In this document: positions 35,878 to 45,467 of the stretch, piece after piece | Position numbering within the stretch: the first letter of the stretch is position 1 | Layout: each line of letters starts with the position of its first letter | Source: Amphiscolops sp. MND2022 | Taxonomy: Eukaryota | Assembly: GCA_964187785.1 (NCBI GenBank) | Contig: OZ076409.1 | Location: 82,338,001-82,402,000 of the forward strand | Reading direction: 5' to 3' | Length of the DNA stretch: 64,000 nucleotides | Made by a program: the position numbers and the translations under genes | The notes under the pieces: model-generated | What the model was told of the DNA's origin: nothing | The model's input: only the letters and a program-made list of their open reading frames with translations | Database searches by the model: none

Positions 35878-38314
35878 ATGTCTTCGAATACAGGTTGGTC
35901 TGGATTTTTATTTTGAACTAACTTGGCTTGATCAGGGTTGAATTTCGTTCATTAAGCGCTTCCTGTTTCCATCAGAGAACATGTGATAGCACGTTTCATT
36001 CAAATTTTCAAGACTGCTTCCGGAAGTCTTCTGACGCGGCAAATGGATTTCTATCGAGGAAGCATACCACCAAATTTCATCTCTTTCTGTTTAGATCGCC
36101 AGAATTTAGATGATTCTCATACACCAACCAACCCTGCTTCCGCCAATCCCACCGAAGTTATTTCATCCATGAATTCCGTTCCCGTTCCGGGTACAACTCG
36201 AAACTTGGTTCCTTCTCCCCCTCCATTTCCTCCATTGGTTTCTTCTTCCCAGATTACCAGGATCCTACCGCCACTAGTAGGTCCATCAGTTGAGTCTCAA
36301 GGACTCAATTCCAATTCCCAATCATCTGAACGTTCGGGCCAGGATCAAGTTGCTGAGGTCATCTCCCCACATAGCGTAGACAGTAACATTGACGTTACGG
36401 CGTATGCAGACGAGATGGTCGAACATATGCAGAAAACGCAGTTGTCTAACGAGATAGTGGAAGAAATAGTAGAAGTTAGGCGAGAGGGCGCAGTGAAGGC
36501 CTCCCACGGCACTGAGTTGTCTGCAGACATGCCAATCACCCGGTCTAGCACTCCAATACCCCACGCCAGTTGCACAGTCCCCACAGTTAGTTTGTCTCAA
36601 TTGGAATCAGGGCTTGAGATTGCTGGGCCTCCTGATGCAACCTTGCCGGAATTGCTGCCTGTTGAAGGAGTTCCCAATGAGACAAGTAAGGTGTCATTCC
36701 TCCAGCAAGACGAAGACAACAGTTCCTCTGTCCACGATGCCCCCCCGTTGCCTGCAAGTTGAACCTATTGACTTTGCCAGTCCTCTGTCTGGAACTCATT
36801 CGTGAATGGAAGGCTGTACAGAGGTTTTTGACAATACATGCACCTCGACAACAAGGACAAGGCGTGAGGGGTAGAGTAAGTAATTGCGTCCCTTTAATTG
36901 TCATGTAGCACCACTATGTACAGTATCCCTAAATCCCCGTAGTGGATCATCTTTGGTCTGACAACCAAATGCCCATTGAGTTGATTTCTTTGTTGCAGGT
37001 GCAAAGTTTCGAGTGGTCACTCATTTGTGATGAGTTTTTCACCATCAAGTTGGATTTCTTCTCCAAGCTGGTCAACGATTGTTAGTATACCTATTGTCAG
37101 GTATAGAAGTTGAGGTATTATCCCATTTTGGGCATGGTTTTGTATTTGTAGACGTATCCAGTTTCTCTGTCAACTTGGCCCAACGCCGCGATGCCTCATT
37201 CTATGTATGTGGAGAGACCAGCCGCTTCATACATCGGATTTGTTCTCGAGCATTCACTGCGGACACAATCCCTTCCGAAGATTCTTGGTTCGATTTGCTC
37301 TCTTTCAAATCAGCAGACGGGACCCTTATGGACGGAGACGACTTCCTTACCAGGCTCAGATTGTCCAGTAAAGTTCCTCACGTTTGCAAACAGAGGGCAG
37401 AGGGGTTGCATTCGGGCAAGAAGAGCGAAGCGGCTGCTATTCAAAAGACTGCCAAAGAACTTCAGGAGGAGTTCATCACAGACGGACTCAAGTATTTAGG
37501 CCACCTTTTGGATGGATTACACAAGCAGGCTGGGCTCAACACCCACATCATCAAAGGGCTTGCTGCTTTCGATCCTGTTGTGTTATTCAAACAACCACCT
37601 GCTTCTGCTTTACGTCACTTCGAGTTGCTCTACAATACATTCCAGCTTCGTTCTTGGGTAACCGTTGATGCTGAGTTCATTTATCGAGATGAGTATTTAG
37701 GGCTCGTAGATCATTTGCGCGTATCCCGTTCTGCCGACTTCACCCTCCTCAGTGAGTCTCAGGATTTGATTGATTTCCTCATGGGGCTTGAATTCCTACA
37801 GAAGCGGACTCATTTACTCTACCTCTTCAAGTTATGCTGTTTGTGTATCACTAGCCCCAGTTCTCAGCTTCCTGTCGTTACGATTGGTAGTATTGATACC
37901 AACGATCATCAAGGTCGGTCTACCGATGTTATTCTCCCTGGGCAGAGTTATCTTGTTAATGTTCCTGGGTCAATTTCACATTGTGTCAGCGATCAATGTT
38001 TGAGCAAGTTCTCTCTGCTTTCAAGTGACTTCGATAGGTCTGCGTTCAGTCCAGAGTATGACCCTTGGGCCTACGTAGATTCTTTTGGTCGCTCGGTTAT
38101 TTTCAAGTCTCTGCTGAACACTTATAAGTCTGTCATCTCTGGTCCGAAGACAGGCACGGTCCGGATGTCCCCTGACGATGCCTCATCAGTTGTTGATGAT
38201 TCCGCCCTGAAGGTCCCCAGTAAGACGAAAAGGAAACGTCAGAGCAGCAGCCTTGTTGGATTTTCCAGTTCTCCAACAGCCGGTAGACGATCCCAATCAA
38301 GTTCTAATGAGTAA
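35878..38314 (+). pseudogene. Antisense, probably spliced accessory gene of the retrotransposon, disrupted in this copy; C-terminal half resembles a hAT transposase
   Basis: ORFs 35983-36762 and 37079-38314 are linked by a frame change at the C7 run 36740-36746, a phase-0 GTAAGT...TTGCAG intron (36876-36998) and a 1-nt shift near 37079. Possible first exon ATG 35878-35893 with a 42-nt GTTGGT..CTAAC..CAG intron, then an in-frame TAA at 35953. Confidence 0.6.
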
Positions 38315-38541
38315 ATGTACATATGTATTTATGTACTTCCATGTTGTAAACCTGTTAATTTCTTCTGTTTTATTGCCGTATTTATATTTCTACTTTGTTT
38401 TCTTGATGATTTGATCCCATATTCATTCTTTATTAGGGATCCTTTGGAATGCCCCAGTATTTATTCAAAAGAAGTTCTCAGAGGGGCTTGGAAAAACAAA
38501 GCTAAAAGAAAAGAATTCCCATTTCCGGGAAAATTCAATTC

Positions 38542-41500
38542 TTAGTATCTGAAGTCTTCTGAATAGTTTGGATTAGGATTGGGCCTGAGATTATATTTCC
38601 CTCCTCTAGGGCTCAGACTTTCATTTCTAGCATCATTTTCTGATGTTTCGGGCACGATAATATCGTCCCCCCTTTTTGGAGACTTTTGTGCATCGCTTTC
38701 ATTGATCGAATTTCTTTCTGGAAAGTTTTTGTCATTTTTCAATCCTTCAGCCGTATTCGGCAGAGATTTTTCTTGATTCTTTGGGGGAACGGCCGGATTT
38801 GGCCAATCAGGGTTTTCATTTTCATTTGCTTCATTAGCTTCATTAGCATTGCTGACGTCATTTTCCATTTCTTCATTTCTACTGCGTGGTGCGTCGTTGA
38901 CGTCATTCGGACAATCAGTCGTGATTATGTAATCACTTTCATTCTCGCTTGCATCACTTGTATTCGCTTGTGCCGTGTTCGGCCGTTCGCCATTCGTCAA
39001 GCTAGCCGGAATCGGCTCGCTGCCTCGTGTAGCTAGCTGTTCGCCAAAATTTGTGTCCCACGTTATTACGAATAAGTCGTCCTGCGGAATGATTATGTCT
39101 TCGTCCGGCTGCAATCTCTCTTCTCGAAAATTGTCCTCGAGCGGCTGATTAGGAACGAACTTTTTGAGACGAATTCGATGCAAGATCTGCGTTTTATTCG
39201 TATTAAGTCTGCGGACGATGTAGTTCTCATTAGGTGAAGCTTTCTGGACTATGAATGGTCCAACCCATCGATAATCTCTGAAGGGAATTTTGGATCCTTG
39301 GTGATCCGCTTTTGGCTGTAATACAAAACAGTAATCGCCCTCCTTGAGTGGGGCGGCTTTGGTTTTTCGATCGTAATACTCCTTATATTTGATATATGAC
39401 TGCATGATGTTTTGCTTCGTCTTGTCGATAAGGAGCTTTGTCCGATTTTGGATTTCTTCTGCGAATTCAGTAGTCGGATGGATTTGCTCGTTTGGATTTG
39501 TTCCAAGCTTGTGATCCAAGATGTTGTATGGGATTCTTCCATGGAACACTCTTGTCGGTTCACATCCGATACTGGCATGAAAACTAGTATTGTGATTCAG
39601 AACTGCTAATGGCAAGTATTTGTGCCATTGTCGGCGATATTCCCCACATGCCATTTTCAAGTTTGTTTTCAATGAGGCATGTGTGCGCTCCAATTTCCCG
39701 ATAGTTTGCGGGTGTTTTGTCGTTGCACATTTTAGGGTAATTCCTAAAATTTGGGTAATTTCTGCAATAATCGTGGAAGTGAAGGCAGTTCCTTTGTCCG
39801 TAATGAGCGTCGTCGGTAAGTAGGAATGTTTGGTCATAATATCAATGAGTGCTTTGGCTACATTGATCGCTGATGCATCTGTGAGCGGATATGCAAACAA
39901 ATATCGAGAAAAGACATCAATCGCGGTTAATACATTTTCATATCCTCCACTTGGGGGAAGGTTCGGCAATAAGTCAATTTGCATTGCGTCTTCGGGTCCA
40001 AGGTCCCATTCCGGCAAGTTAAGTAGCTCGGGCGTGATTGTTGCATTTGGGACTCGTTTGTCCTTTGCGCATTGTTCGCACCCTTCTACCCACTTTTTAA
40101 CATATTTCGCCTTGTTAGGGTAGTAATACCTCTGTCTGATCTCCTGCAGCATTTTTGAAATACCCGGATGCTTGTGAGCTGTCCCGTGTAAGGACTGGAG
40201 TAATTCCTGCAGCAAATGTTGCGGGAGAAGGATTTGGTGGTACTTTACATTCCCTGTTTCATCAAAATATTGCCTTGTGAGGATGTCTTCTTTGATGACG
40301 ATTCGTTCCAGATTGTTAGCATAATGCCTGTACCGAGCGTCCTGTTGCAGTATGTTTTCTGAGTAATCTTCATGAAGGAGTTTCGCCTTCAATTGTTGTA
40401 ATACTGCATCCTTGGATTGCTCAATAATTATCTGGTTTGTTTTCCTCAATCGGACTTGTATTTCAGGTTGTTGTTTGGCTAAGTTAGTGGAAAGAGTTTG
40501 TATTGTAACTGTAGGGTCTTCGATTACAGGATTTTTCCTGATTGCTTCTTTTCTCGCCCAATATTGTTCTTCAGTCTCATCGTCGTCGTTGGTGTAGAAG
40601 ATTTGCTCTTCCTGTGAGACTCCTGCTGATTTAACGTTTATTTCTATTGGCAACGTTTGTACATCTTCTCGGATTTTCATTACTAATTTGTCCTTTGGGT
40701 CTGCTTCCAATCGGGACAAGTAATCCGCTGCCGTATTCTGTGCTCCTGAGATGTACGCAATGACAAAATTGAACTGAATTACATAGTCGCACGCATTCCA
40801 CAGAGCTGGGGGTACGATTTTCGTCTGAAAGAATCTTGTTACGGCTTTGTTGTCGGTTAGAATTATGACCGGTTTCGGCGCTCCCCAAAAAATATGCCCA
40901 AATTCTTTGAATGCGAAATAAATCGCAAGAAATTCTTTTGCATAAATTGACATCTTTATCTGGGCTGGGGTGAAGGTTTTTGAACCACAAGCGACCGGTG
41001 CATAAGATTTGCGGATTGACGTGAATTTCTGACTCGGATCATCTTCAATGAGTACTGCGTATCCTGCAGCTCCGAAACTTGCATCTGTCATGAGTGCAAT
41101 CTGCTTGTTAGGAATGGGTTGTTGTAAGGCTAAGTCGCAACATTTGTCCAGAGCTCGGTTGATTTCCTCAAATTGCTGTACCAATTCTCTTGATACTAGG
41201 ACTTTTTCGTCACTTTTCAGCATCTTGTAGAATGGAGCAAGGCGTTCGGACAGTCTTGGGACGTAGTTTCGGTAGTAGTTCAGGAAACCCAAATATCTTT
41301 GCAAAGCCTTTTTCGACTTTGGAAATTTGGTTTTTTCTAGAAAATTCTGAACGTTCTGCCGTTGGGGTTTGACGCCTTGTGGAGTAATCGTTCGTCCGAC
41401 GAAATCAATTTCTGTGGCACCAAAATGACACTTGTGCATCGTCAATTTAAGGCCTGCTCTTTGAATGCATTTGAAAGTTGCTCTTAGGTTAGCAATGAGA

Positions 41501-43755
41501 TGGTCAGCGTCGTTGGCTGCGATGCCGATATCGTCCACGTACTGGGCACACTGATCCGCTTTTATGACTTTGTCGAGGTATTCCCTCATGAAACTGGAGA
41601 ATGCGGACAGCGCCCTACTAAGGCCTTGTGCCAATCGTCTGTAGTCAAATGTGCGGCTGGCGAAATTGAAGGCCAACATTTCAATTGATCGCTGGTCAGC
41701 CATCGGCAGGCAGTGGTATGCCTGTGAACAGTCTAATTTACAGAACAGTTTTTTCCCCGCTAATTGTTGAGCGGCATCAACTAAGGTACTGACTGGGTGG
41801 TTGTTGTTTATATAATCATCAGAGATTAGGTTGTTGATTTTTCTCAAGTCAACCAGAAGTCTCAGTTTCCCATTTGGTTTCTTTTGCGCGAATATTGGGC
41901 TGGCGTATTTCGAGAACGGTAAAGTAGTTATTATGCCATATTTATGGAGCATGGCTAATTCGACTAATATGTCCTCTTTCAATTTTATTGGCGCAGGGAG
42001 GCTTTGGCTATAGGCTGGGGAATCGTCCTTAGGCGTCAATTTCACCTTGAATTCCTCATTCATGCCTATATCAAATCTGTGTCTCGCAAAAATGTCGTGA
42101 AATTCCACTAGCAATTCTTCAATTTTGGCTTTCTCTTCAAGGGTTAGGGTGGAGCCTTTCCAATCAAAATTTCCCAAGAATTTTCCCCTAGATTTCTCGT
42201 CTTTCGTGGGATCAAGGGATTCTAGGTCCTGTAGGGCTTGTAGTTCGCGGAGGATTCTTTTCTGGATTGGAGTGTGTTCTTCTGGATTCCCTGGATTTTC
42301 CGGAGTTGGGAACCAGTAGTTTTCAGAGTTTTGTGAATTTTTGTTCATCTTGATCAGGCTACTGACGTAATGGGCTGCTTGCTCTTGGTCGTTTTGCAAC
42401 AAATGCCAGGTTGATGCCGGGTCTACCGGTTTGACATATTTCATTTGTTCTGGCGTCATGACTGAAAAACTAGCAATATGGAGTCCCTTTTTGAGCTTGT
42501 AAGGGTGGTCTGTGAAGTTATTCACTGGTATCAATATGTTGCCGTCATTCAAGGTGACCAAGGCTGGACAGAATGTGATGTCGCCTTCTTCATGGAGAAG
42601 GTCGCTCGGTTGCAAAATTCCTGTGACCGTGTTTTCAGGGTATAATAAGGAATTGGTCCTAATCAGGACTCTGTCGTTTGGCGGAATGGTTATTTCAGTA
42701 GGGTTTAGAATTGGCTCTAGCACGTTCGAGTATTTATGATCAGCTGTTTTGAGCTGCATTGAAAAGAACGGAAAGTTCAGTATTCCTTGTCTCATGTCCA
42801 GTACTGTATGATTTCTCTGTAGAAACATCAGTCCTATAATCGGTCCTGTCAAGTGTTCCATTACTATAAAAATTTCATGGAACTCTATGTCACCAACTTC
42901 GAATTTGAGCTCTATTGTACTCTTGGGAGTCTCTAGTTGCCCATTTGCGACCATTATCTGGAAGTTTGGAGGCGGACCTTCCCGGATTACTGATTGTGGC
43001 GATAAGAGTCTGATTTTCCGGAGGTCCATCTCTGGGATTGCACTGGATAATGCACCAGTGTCGATAAGTCCGTCTATGGTCAATTCCCCAAAAACCATGG
43101 GGAAATATAGCATGCGTTTCTTGCATTTCAGATTTATGTTGGTGGACAGGGGTATGCAGTCCGGTTCACCATCTCTGGTAATAAGAACGTTTTGGAACTG
43201 ACTTTCATCTAATAGCGACTGTGGGACTGTTTCTTCCATGTTTTCGGTAGTCTCGGTCCCCAGGAGATTTGGGAACACCGGATGGCTTGTGCCATCATTC
43301 ATTTGCCAGGTTTCAATCAATGCTCTAGTTTTCTTGTTGTGGGTGATTGGAGGATTTTCATGGGCTGATTTATTGTAGAGTTCGATATCATCAATGACGT
43401 ATTGGAATTGTAGCAGATCTTGGTTGTAGAGTTCCGTGTCCCAATAGGGATCTCGTCCATAATCGGGGTCTATGTAGGTAGGGTTGTAATCGTCTACCAA
43501 GGGAATGGGCCTGAATCGGCTATTGAAAGCAGATGTGTAATCAGGATCCCATACAGGAATTGGTTTCTGGAACAAATGGGTATTATTGTAAGTAATAATG
43601 ATAGCTTTTTCCATCTGCTGCTGCCAGACAACAGAAGGATAGCCCATTAATTGTTGCTGATAGTTATGAAAGTTTTTAGTTGGAGGGTCCGATTTGATGT
43701 ATTGTCGGACAGAGACTAGTTGGTCATAGTGGAGTCGTGGCGAAGCTAGTTTTTT
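38542..43755 (-). CDS. pol: Pol polyprotein (aspartic protease, dUTPase-like insert, reverse transcriptase, RNase H, integrase), entered by -1 frameshift
   Basis: LIDTGA (~43055); SPIFAQKKPNGKLRLLVDLRKIN and YVDD (41530-41541); RNase H TDAS/KEFLAI/TDNK; integrase H..H..CEQC, QIDL/TDKG/LERTH and a GPF motif. The frame is open from the slip site through MGYP at 43647 to the stop at 38542. Confidence 0.97.
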   Translation of the reverse strand, partial: KKLASPRLHYDQLVSVRQYIKSDPPTKNFHNYQQQLMGYPSVVWQQQMEKAIIITYNNTHLFQKPIPVWDPDYTSAFNSRFRPIPLVDDYNPTYIDPDYGRDPYWDTELYNQDLLQFQYVIDDIELYNKSAHENPPITHNKKTRALIETWQMNDGTSHPVFPNLLGTETTENMEETVPQSLLDESQFQNVLITRDGEPDCIPLSTNINLKCKKRMLYFPMVFGELTIDGLIDTGALSSAIPEMDLRKIRLLSPQSVIREGPPPNFQIMVANGQLETPKSTIELKFEVGDIEFHEIFIVMEHLTGPIIGLMFLQRNHTVLDMRQGILNFPFFSMQLKTADHKYSNVLEPILNPTEITIPPNDRVLIRTNSLLYPENTVTGILQPSDLLHEEGDITFCPALVTLNDGNILIPVNNFTDHPYKLKKGLHIASFSVMTPEQMKYVKPVDPASTWHLLQNDQEQAAHYVSSLIKMNKNSQNSENYWFPTPENPGNPEEHTPIQKRILRELQALQDLESLDPTKDEKSRGKFLGNFDWKGSTLTLEEKAKIEELLVEFHDIFARHRFDIGMNEEFKVKLTPKDDSPAYSQSLPAPIKLKEDILVELAMLHKYGIITTLPFSKYASPIFAQKKPNGKLRLLVDLRKINNLISDDYINNNHPVSTLVDAAQQLAGKKLFCKLDCSQAYHCLPMADQRSIEMLAFNFASRTFDYRRLAQGLSRALSAFSSFMREYLDKVIKADQCAQYVDDIGIAANDADHLIANLRATFKCIQRAGLKLTMHKCHFGATEIDFVGRTITPQGVKPQRQNVQNFLEKTKFPKSKKALQRYLGFLNYYRNYVPRLSERLAPFYKMLKSDEKVLVSRELVQQFEEINRALDKCCDLALQQPIPNKQIALMTDASFGAAGYAVLIEDDPSQKFTSIRKSYAPVACGSKTFTPAQIKMSIYAKEFLAIYFAFKEFGHIFWGAPKPVIILTDNKAVTRFFQTKIVPPALWNACDYVIQFNFVIAYISGAQNTAADYLSRLEADPKDKLVMKIREDVQTLPIEINVKSAGVSQEEQIFYTNDDDETEEQYWARKEAIRKNPVIEDPTVTIQTLSTNLAKQQPEIQVRLRKTNQIIIEQSKDAVLQQLKAKLLHEDYSENILQQDARYRHYANNLERIVIKEDILTRQYFDETGNVKYHQILLPQHLLQELLQSLHGTAHKHPGISKMLQEIRQRYYYPNKAKYVKKWVEGCEQCAKDKRVPNATITPELLNLPEWDLGPEDAMQIDLLPNLPPSGGYENVLTAIDVFSRYLFAYPLTDASAINVAKALIDIMTKHSYLPTTLITDKGTAFTSTIIAEITQILGITLKCATTKHPQTIGKLERTHASLKTNLKMACGEYRRQWHKYLPLAVLNHNTSFHASIGCEPTRVFHGRIPYNILDHKLGTNPNEQIHPTTEFAEEIQNRTKLLIDKTKQNIMQSYIKYKEYYDRKTKAAPLKEGDYCFVLQPKADHQGSKIPFRDYRWVGPFIVQKASPNENYIVRRLNTNKTQILHRIRLKKFVPNQPLEDNFREERLQPDEDIIIPQDDLFVITWDTNFGEQLATRGSEPIPASLTNGERPNTAQANTSDASENESDYIITTDCPNDVNDAPRSRNEEMENDVSNANEANEANENENPDWPNPAVPPKNQEKSLPNTAEGLKNDKNFPERNSINESDAQKSPKRGDDIIVPETSENDARNESLSPRGGKYNLRPNPNPNYSEDFRY

Positions 43756-45467
43756 GACTCATCTTTACTTGATGAGGATTGGCTGTTGGAAGATGCTGGT
43801 CTGTAGTTCGATTTTAAGGTTTTGGAGTCGGGGTCATTGTCCGACGAGACTTCTGGTCTGGTGCGTTTAGGTTTAAGGTGCGCACCTGCCCCTTGCCAAC
43901 ATCTCTCCTCCGGATGGTTCGTCTTGCCACAAGTACCACATTTAGGATAGGTCTTCTTCTGAGTCGTCTTGCCTTGTTGGGCATCTTTTTCCTTTTTCTT
44001 TTTTAATTTTTCACAATTTTTGACCATGTGGCCCTTTTCCTTACAATAATTGCACGTAATATCACTTATTTGTGTATTAGAAGGAACAGTTTTTGGTTTC
44101 GTGACCGATGATGTCATTGACGTCATGGGTAGGTCTTCTGATTCTTCAAGTGCATTCAATTCTAGTTCTCTTTCTAGATGAGCGACAATTTCATCGTACG
44201 AGCCATTCTCAAGTCTAGCCATGTTTACTGATCTTTTGAGCTTTGGTGGCAGTTTGGCATATAGGAGACTGTCAATCATTTTCTGAGCATTGTCTCCAAA
44301 GGCCTTTTCTGCTCCTTGATTGAGCTCCTCAAGAAAATCTGGCAATTTGGTCGTGTTAGGATCGAAGACCAGGCGGTGCAATTTATGTTTGGCAGTTGCC
44401 TGTGATTCAGGCGTGACGTATTTTCGTCTGAAAATGACGAGTACGTCCTCAAGAGTTTGTCTATTTGCAGTGCTGATGTTTCTGAATGTTTGGAGTGCAT
44501 TCTTTCTCAGCAAGGAATGAAAATGATTAATTTTCATTTGTTCCGTCATGTCAGGCTGCATCTTGATCATCGTATGGAATAAATCTTCAAACAGCTCGAA
44601 CTTCTCACTTTTGCCGTCAAACGTCATAGTGTTTGAGTTGACTGGGCGGATTGTGAGTTGCTGGGCTGTCGGGCGATTCTGCATACTTGTCAAGACGTCA
44701 GCTAGCCTGTTGATCGGGTCTTGTTCTAGTGCCAGAGCGGGTTGTTTTTGCGCCGGGATCGTCGTGTCGAGCAGGGGAAGGTCATCATTTGATCTGTTGA
44801 GATGACTGGTGGATGGCATTCGTCCCGTGAGAAACTCAGGAACTTCGATTGGAGATTCGTTTTCTCCTGTCACCATGTCGTAAGCACGAGAATTCGTGCT
44901 TGTGAATCCGTCTTTGAGACGGTCATTGGCCTGCTTACTCTTAGAATTGTTCCTAGGTTCTAAGTTTTGCAGCACTTCGGAATATCCTTCTGGTCTCTCA
45001 GCCGGAACGTTCAATCTCTCTTTGGTCAACTATCCCGACACGGCCATAACTGCATTTTGGATTTGAGGCAAAATTTGACTACTGATTGCCTCATTTATGG
45101 CCCTTTGAATCTGAACACTGACGCTATTCATCATTTCATCCATCTCACGAGATATACGGGAATTTAACTCACTCGACAGTCTATTGATCTCAACACGTGA
45201 ACTCTCTCTGATTGAATTTTGGCCTAATTCGGTATTTGGGCTAGGTCCAATTTTTCCCGGGTTTGGGAACTCATTCTCATTCTCATCTCCAAATTCATCT
45301 CCAAATAAGCTTTCTGGCCTACCGGCCTGATTACTATTCACACTTTCACTTCTCTCATTTCTATCAAAGTGGTTTCCTCCGAGCATAATATCCAAATTCT
45401 CAATGTCTGATAGCATTTCTTCTTCTCTAGATTTCCTTGCTTTCTTCTGTTTCCTAGTAGTAGGCAT
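43746..45467 (-). CDS. gag: Gag, starting inside the 5' LTR and interrupted by one in-frame TAG at 45030-45032
   Basis: The 145-aa ORF and 427-aa ORF are contiguous and in frame; capsid-like FDGKSEKFELFEDLF region and two CX2CX4HX4C knuckles (CNYCKEKGHMVKNC, CGTCGKTNHPEERC). Confidence 0.9.
43749..43755 (-). promoter_or_regulatory. -1 ribosomal frameshift slippery site A AAA AAC
   Basis: TCA AAA AAC TAG ends gag; the -1 frame reads LASPRLHYDQLVSVRQYIKSDPPTKNFHNYQQQLMGYP straight into pol. Confidence 0.85.
44864..44875 (-). promoter_or_regulatory. Primer-binding site
   Basis: TGGTGACAGGAG immediately follows the 5' LTR terminal CA; TGG complements tRNA CCA; resembles a tRNA-Leu-type PBS (TGGTGTCAGGAG) with one difference, so the tRNA identity is not certain. 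Confidence 0.75.

Noticed and set aside
34179..38314. Possible env gene in the post-pol position
   Set aside because: Neither accessory product shows a signal peptide, furin site plus fusion peptide, or C-terminal TM anchor; the longer one is antisense.
38315..38545. 76-aa hydrophobic ORF between the antisense gene and the pol stop
   Set aside because: T-rich UTR-like spacer between convergent genes; hydrophobicity is explained by base composition.
38542..39100. Possible chromodomain at the integrase C-terminus
   Set aside because: The tail is an acidic, low-complexity N/E/D/P tract ending YNLRPNP; no chromodomain aromatic pattern.
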